DNA from: Minisyncoccota bacterium | GTDB taxonomy: Bacteria; Patescibacteriota; Minisyncoccia; UBA6257; UBA9933 | DNA length: 64,000 bases | Direction of reading: 5' to 3' | NCBI GenBank assembly: GCA_041653755.1 | Contig: JBAZEU010000001.1 | Span: 65,398-129,397 of the forward strand | Shown: one piece after another, positions 60,449 through 64,000 of the stretch | Position numbering within the stretch: the stretch's first letter is position 1 | How the letters are laid out: each line of letters starts with the position of its first letter | Made by a program: the position numbers and the translations under genes | The notes under the pieces: generated by a model | Told to the model about the DNA's origin: nothing | Database searches by the model: none | Seen by the model: only the letters and a program-made list of their open reading frames with translations

Positions 60449-60476
60449 GAATTGAACAAATTAATGATCCCTAATC

Positions 60477-60689
60477 CTACATATTTTTAGGATTTTGGTC
60501 AACTGTCGGGAATAATGGCGTATCGGATTCCGGATTTCGACCTTTTTCCGAATCCGGATAAAGAATAACGCGTAAAATATTGACCACTCTTAAAAACTTC
60601 TTGTAGGCCTCTTCTTTTGAAATTTCCTCTCCGAATTCTTCAAAATAATTCTTCCGGAATTCTTCAATTGTTTCGTCGGACGGTTTCAT
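60477..60689 (-). CDS. hypothetical small acidic protein (70 aa)
   Basis: ORF adjacent to recombinase; no motif. Confidence 0.3.
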   Translation of the reverse strand: MKPSDETIEEFRKNYFEEFGEEISKEEAYKKFLRVVNILRVILYPDSEKGRNPESDTPLFPTVDQNPKNM

Positions 60690-60856
60690 GGTTATTACCT
60701 TAAGCGTAAAGGAAGACGGGGAAAATCAAAGACGGAAAAATATGGCTCAAGGAAGGAAACATTAAGGGATTTATCGCTTCAGTCGCCAGGCCCAGAGATC
60801 TTAAGGTAATCACTACCGAGGAAAGGGTAGGCGTTGATCTTTTCGTAAACGGAAGA

Positions 60857-61663
60857 TTGCGCGAAAAGGATATTCTGAAATATATACCCACAGCCAGGGT
60901 GGTTGAGAATTACCTGTACGGTCAAATTCATTTTGACGAATTGGACGATGGAATAGACAGGTTTACCAGTAACAGAGAAGGCGTCGTTGCCGACGATCCT
61001 AAACATAGGGAGCTGTTGGATAAGCTGAGAAAAAAGGTGATGACGGTCATTCTTGAAGATTGGGATAAGTGGAGGATAAAACACCGGGAAGAAGGGGATT
61101 CGGAGAACGAAACGGTATCCCGAAAGGAAAGAAAATCCTTGGAACTGTACGATGCCGTTTCGGAGGAATACGCGCTTTCTGGCGACTCGGAAAACAAGAA
61201 GAAAGTCAACGACTGGGCTTACGGACTGCGCGATGATGCGAAATACAATTTCACTTCGTATGCGGACTGTTTCATTTCCGAAAATTTAATCAGAAAATAT
61301 ATCCAAGAGAACAATATTCCGTTGTCTTCTGAAGCGGTAAAAGAAGTGGAAGATCGGAGACGTATTGAAGTTCAACAAAAGGGCAAAGGTAACATAAGCA
61401 TAGACATAAGAAAGGCAAATAACGATTTGGGTTATTTGTCTATGGATTATCTCGCAAACTTAGTTGACAAAAAAGACCCCAATAAAGAGGCTTGCCTTTC
61501 AAGGGATGCAAAAGAATATAAGCCGGTTAGAGACGCTCTCATGCATACGGCCCTTTTGGCCGATGTGGCCAAACAGAAATTAAACAGCGTTTACCTAAAT
61601 ATAAAAGGACGAATAAAGACGCTGTTGGCCGCTAATGATAAAAACGGTGGCCTTAAAAAATAA
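60857..61663 (+). pseudogene. hypothetical protein, apparently 5'-truncated; C-terminal HEPN-like Rx4H motif
   Basis: protein-like in-frame sequence continues ~50 codons upstream of the TTG start without any ATG/GTG/TTG; RDALMHT motif near C-terminus. Confidence 0.35.
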
Positions 61664-61842
61664 ACTATCAAAAGTAGACGAAAATCATTCCACATTCATC
61701 TGCGATTTTTATTAGGGCTTTGATAAGGTTTCGTAACCTCCGCTAAAAACCGAATAGCACCTCTCCTAAAGTCCCGCCTTAATCCCAATAGTTATTAACA
61801 CCCCCCTTGTTTTTCCTACCAGATATTCTAGAATTAAATTAA

Positions 61843-63243
61843 ATGAATTTTTCTAAATCACACAAAGGTTTCACCCTCATAGAACTTCTAATCGTGATAG
61901 GTATCGTAGCAGTTCTAGCCGTCGTCGTCTTAACAGTTCTCAATCCAGTAGAATTCCTCAAAAAATCAAGAGACAGTAGAAGGATGGTAGACCTCCAGAC
62001 CTTGGATAAAGCCCTCAGGTTAGCTGATTTTGACAATATCTCCATGGGAACAGCTAATGTGGTATATGTTTCCATTCCTGACGACACAAGTGCCACTTCC
62101 ACCTGTCCTACTCTATCCTTACCAGCTTTACCAGGAGGCTGGACTTATCAATGCTCTAATACCGCTAACTACCGTAAAGCTGACGGCACTGGCTGGGTAC
62201 CGGTTAACTTCACAACCCTTACTACGGCTCCCAATCCTTTAACCCTCTTACCAGTTGATCCCACCAATTCTACCTCTACCAATCTTTACTATTCATATGT
62301 TAGTGGTAGTTGGGAACTTACCGCCTTATTCGAAACTACTGGTTACCAAACCAAATACGCAACCACTGACAACGGAACTTCCACTGTCCTATTTGAAGTG
62401 GGCAACCATCTTAAGATTACCCCTAATGCTATTGCCAGTAGATCCAATGTTGGAGGAGGGGGAGGACAGCAAACATCTGTTCCGACTTTAACCACGAGTG
62501 CTGCCACCAACGTTCAATCAACTTCAGCTACTTTAAATGGTTCTATCACAGCTGAAGGGGGAGCTTCTTCTACGATAGTTGGTTTTCAATACGGCTTAAC
62601 TACAAGTTACGGCACAGAGGTTACTTCTACTTACTCGGGAGGAACTGGAAGTTTTTCTCAAGGTATCACAGGCCTAACGGGAAGTACGACTTACCATTTC
62701 AAAGCTGAAGCTAGAAATTCAGCTGGTTGGGGTTATGGAAGTGATAATGTTTTGACTACGAGTGCTCCTGCTTTCTGTACCCAGAACAGCGATAAAAACA
62801 CAAGTACTACCATAAGTGGAGATAAGGTTTATTGTGATAATAGTTTGAGAATGTGGACGCCAACTGTCATACCTGGCGGGACATTAACAGCAAAGACTTG
62901 GGGTCCAAACCCTGGTAGTGCAGGCGGCTCTTGTATTGGTCTTGGTTCAAGCTATCCTGCCTGCAATTATTGTGATACTTTAACTTATGCTGGACTTACT
63001 GGCTGGCAGTTACCTACTAAAGACGTTTTAACGAGCTTTTGGACAACCCCCTGCGGTAGTGCCTCTTGCGGTTCAGGAAACGCTGGAATAAGTTGGGATA
63101 CAAACGCTCAAGCCACCTACTATTGGTCGTCTACTGAGTACAGTAGCAACGGCGCCTGGGACGTGAATTTCATCAGTGGCAACGTGAGCAACGCCCCTAA
63201 GTCCTGCAGCAGTTGCTACGTTCGTTGTGTTCGCGGGCAATAG
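61843..63243 (+). CDS. prepilin-type N-terminal domain protein with Fn3-like repeat and C-terminal DUF1566 (Lcl-like) domain
   Basis: class III signal/pilin N-terminus KGFTLIELLIVIGIVAVLAVV; Thr/Ser-rich Fn3-like segment (TYHFKAEARNSAGWGYG); C-terminal WQLPTKDVL...YYWSST...VRCVR DUF1566 signature. Confidence 0.7.
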   Translation: MNFSKSHKGFTLIELLIVIGIVAVLAVVVLTVLNPVEFLKKSRDSRRMVDLQTLDKALRLADFDNISMGTANVVYVSIPDDTSATSTCPTLSLPALPGGWTYQCSNTANYRKADGTGWVPVNFTTLTTAPNPLTLLPVDPTNSTSTNLYYSYVSGSWELTALFETTGYQTKYATTDNGTSTVLFEVGNHLKITPNAIASRSNVGGGGGQQTSVPTLTTSAATNVQSTSATLNGSITAEGGASSTIVGFQYGLTTSYGTEVTSTYSGGTGSFSQGITGLTGSTTYHFKAEARNSAGWGYGSDNVLTTSAPAFCTQNSDKNTSTTISGDKVYCDNSLRMWTPTVIPGGTLTAKTWGPNPGSAGGSCIGLGSSYPACNYCDTLTYAGLTGWQLPTKDVLTSFWTTPCGSASCGSGNAGISWDTNAQATYYWSSTEYSSNGAWDVNFISGNVSNAPKSCSSCYVRCVRGQ

Positions 63244-63471
63244 ATTCCTAAGTTCCTAAAAAAAGTTTTCAACAATAAGTAGTGTAAACTTGCTTTGTAG
63301 CGCAGGTTTTCCTATCTTGATTTTCTTTCCCTAAACCGCGAAAATTAATCATAAGAAAATATATTTTCCCGGGTTAGTGGCGAAACTTTTATTCTTTATC
63401 ATACTTATCAATGTTTTCCAAGAAAAAAGTTCTAACGTCGTCCACTAGCCTGCACAGGACAGAATTAAAAA

Positions 63472-63858
63472 ATGGATAAAATTGTTATCGCGATAGTTAA
63501 AAAGGGAAAAGAAATATTGATGGTCAGGAGAAGAATAAAAGAAGGTGATTTGTATTGGCAATTTCCTGGCGGCGCTTTAGAAAATAATGAATCGGAGCAA
63601 CAAGCTGTTGAACGAGAAGTGTTCGAAGAAGCTAATATTAAATGCAAGGCCATAAAAAAGTTAGGCGAAAGATTACATCCGACAACTTCTAAGCTAATAA
63701 GCTATTGGGTCTGCGAATATGTTTCGGGAGAGATAAAGGTTAAAGATTCAGATGAATTAGATAAAGTCGAATGGATGGGCCCGAACGAAATTTTGAATAA
63801 CGTTACCAGCGAGATTTTCGTACCAGTAAAAGAATATATCTTAAATATTAAAGAATAG
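63472..63858 (+). CDS. NUDIX hydrolase
   Basis: Nudix box GGALENNESEQQAVEREVFEEANI. Confidence 0.75.
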   Translation: MDKIVIAIVKKGKEILMVRRRIKEGDLYWQFPGGALENNESEQQAVEREVFEEANIKCKAIKKLGERLHPTTSKLISYWVCEYVSGEIKVKDSDELDKVEWMGPNEILNNVTSEIFVPVKEYILNIKE

Positions 63859-64000
63859 ATTATTCAGATTTTTTCACCTTGACGGTTTAAGGTATTTTTG
63901 TTATGTTTCGGTCAGATTTTTAATAACCTACAAACTTTCTTTTATAGGGCAAATTTGTCCTTAACATTCCGTTGAGGCCAGATAAAACCTTATAAAGGGA

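Larger units (their letters stand above)
58907..63300. mobile_element. integrative element inserted at tRNA-Tyr 3' end (right boundary not identified; may extend past window)
   Basis: serine recombinase abutting tRNA; GC-richer codon usage (C/G-ending codons) from recombinase through pilin-like gene versus AT-rich flanks. Confidence 0.5.

Noticed and set aside
63244-63471. attR copy of the tRNA-Tyr 3' end at the right edge of the island
   Set aside because: No direct repeat of the tRNA 3' segment was seen here; the boundary remains undefined and may lie beyond the window.

Overview
This 64 kb window is AT-rich and almost fully coding, and reads like a Candidate Phyla Radiation (Patescibacteria-type) chromosome segment. 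The evidence is the 16S rRNA gene at ~28178-29660, which is divergent at the universal primer sites (CAGCAGCGGTAATAC; GGATTAGATACCCTTGTAGTCC; AAGGAATAGACGG). Proteins are compact, EF-Ts and AspRS are minimal forms, ComEC is split, and most genes lack Shine-Dalgarno motifs.

Layout of the window:
(i) 2-15467: a 16-gene surface-glycan (O-antigen-like) cluster. It holds a complete five-enzyme UDP-2,3-diacetamido-2,3-dideoxy-mannuronate module (WbpA/B/D/E/I-like), a split transketolase, an FdtA-like cupin, two DegT aminotransferases, glycosyltransferases, a PglC-like priming transferase and a WbpM/PglF-like dehydratase.
(ii) 15571-24711: a DinD-like gene, a block of micro-ORFs and hypotheticals, then TudS/DUF523, NUDIX, a SpoU methyltransferase, gap, and a deoC / PfkB-kinase / unknown 419-aa protein / class II FBA operon.
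(iii) 24714-30200: a coiled-coil lytic transglycosylase, rplY, a release factor 1 (RF1)-type release factor lacking its N-terminal domain 1, rpmE, a standalone 16S gene and a CheY-like receiver.
(iv) 30328-41392: a radical-SAM activase, secDF, a sigma-region-4 protein / membrane protein / TraD-VirD4-like ATPase triplet, efp, split comEC and aspS.
(v) 41619-47794, mostly minus strand: an SDR, two hypotheticals, an iscS-iscU-mnmA operon, a DUF192 protein, tRNA-Pro(GGG) and rpmB.
(vi) 47834-58822: tyrS, an M50 protease, an isolated unknown expression unit, rpsL-rpsG-fusA-nusB-rnc-rpsP-khpA, trmD, rpsB-tsf.
(vii) tRNA-Tyr(GTA) at 58825-58906, followed directly by a GC-shifted integrative element that runs to the window end. 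It carries a large serine recombinase overlapping the tRNA 3' end, an apparently 5'-truncated gene with an HEPN-like Rx4H motif, and a prepilin-type protein with Fn3 and DUF1566 domains.

Unusual sequence-level observations:
- A 20-bp palindrome (CCTGCCTTCCGGCAGGCAGG and close variants) is embedded in frame in four unrelated CDSs and always encodes LPxGR.
- An exact 26-nt repeat is shared between the fba start region and the trmD coding sequence.
- A recurring TTTTTGTTAGAATAA motif sits 6-9 nt upstream of three start codons, an arrangement that fits leaderless transcripts.
- The 16S gene has a normal helix 45 but is followed by AAACAAUUAAAU rather than the canonical GAUCACCUCCUU anti-SD tail.
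- A perfect 28-bp NotI-centred palindrome precedes the DinD-like gene.

No CRISPR array was seen.
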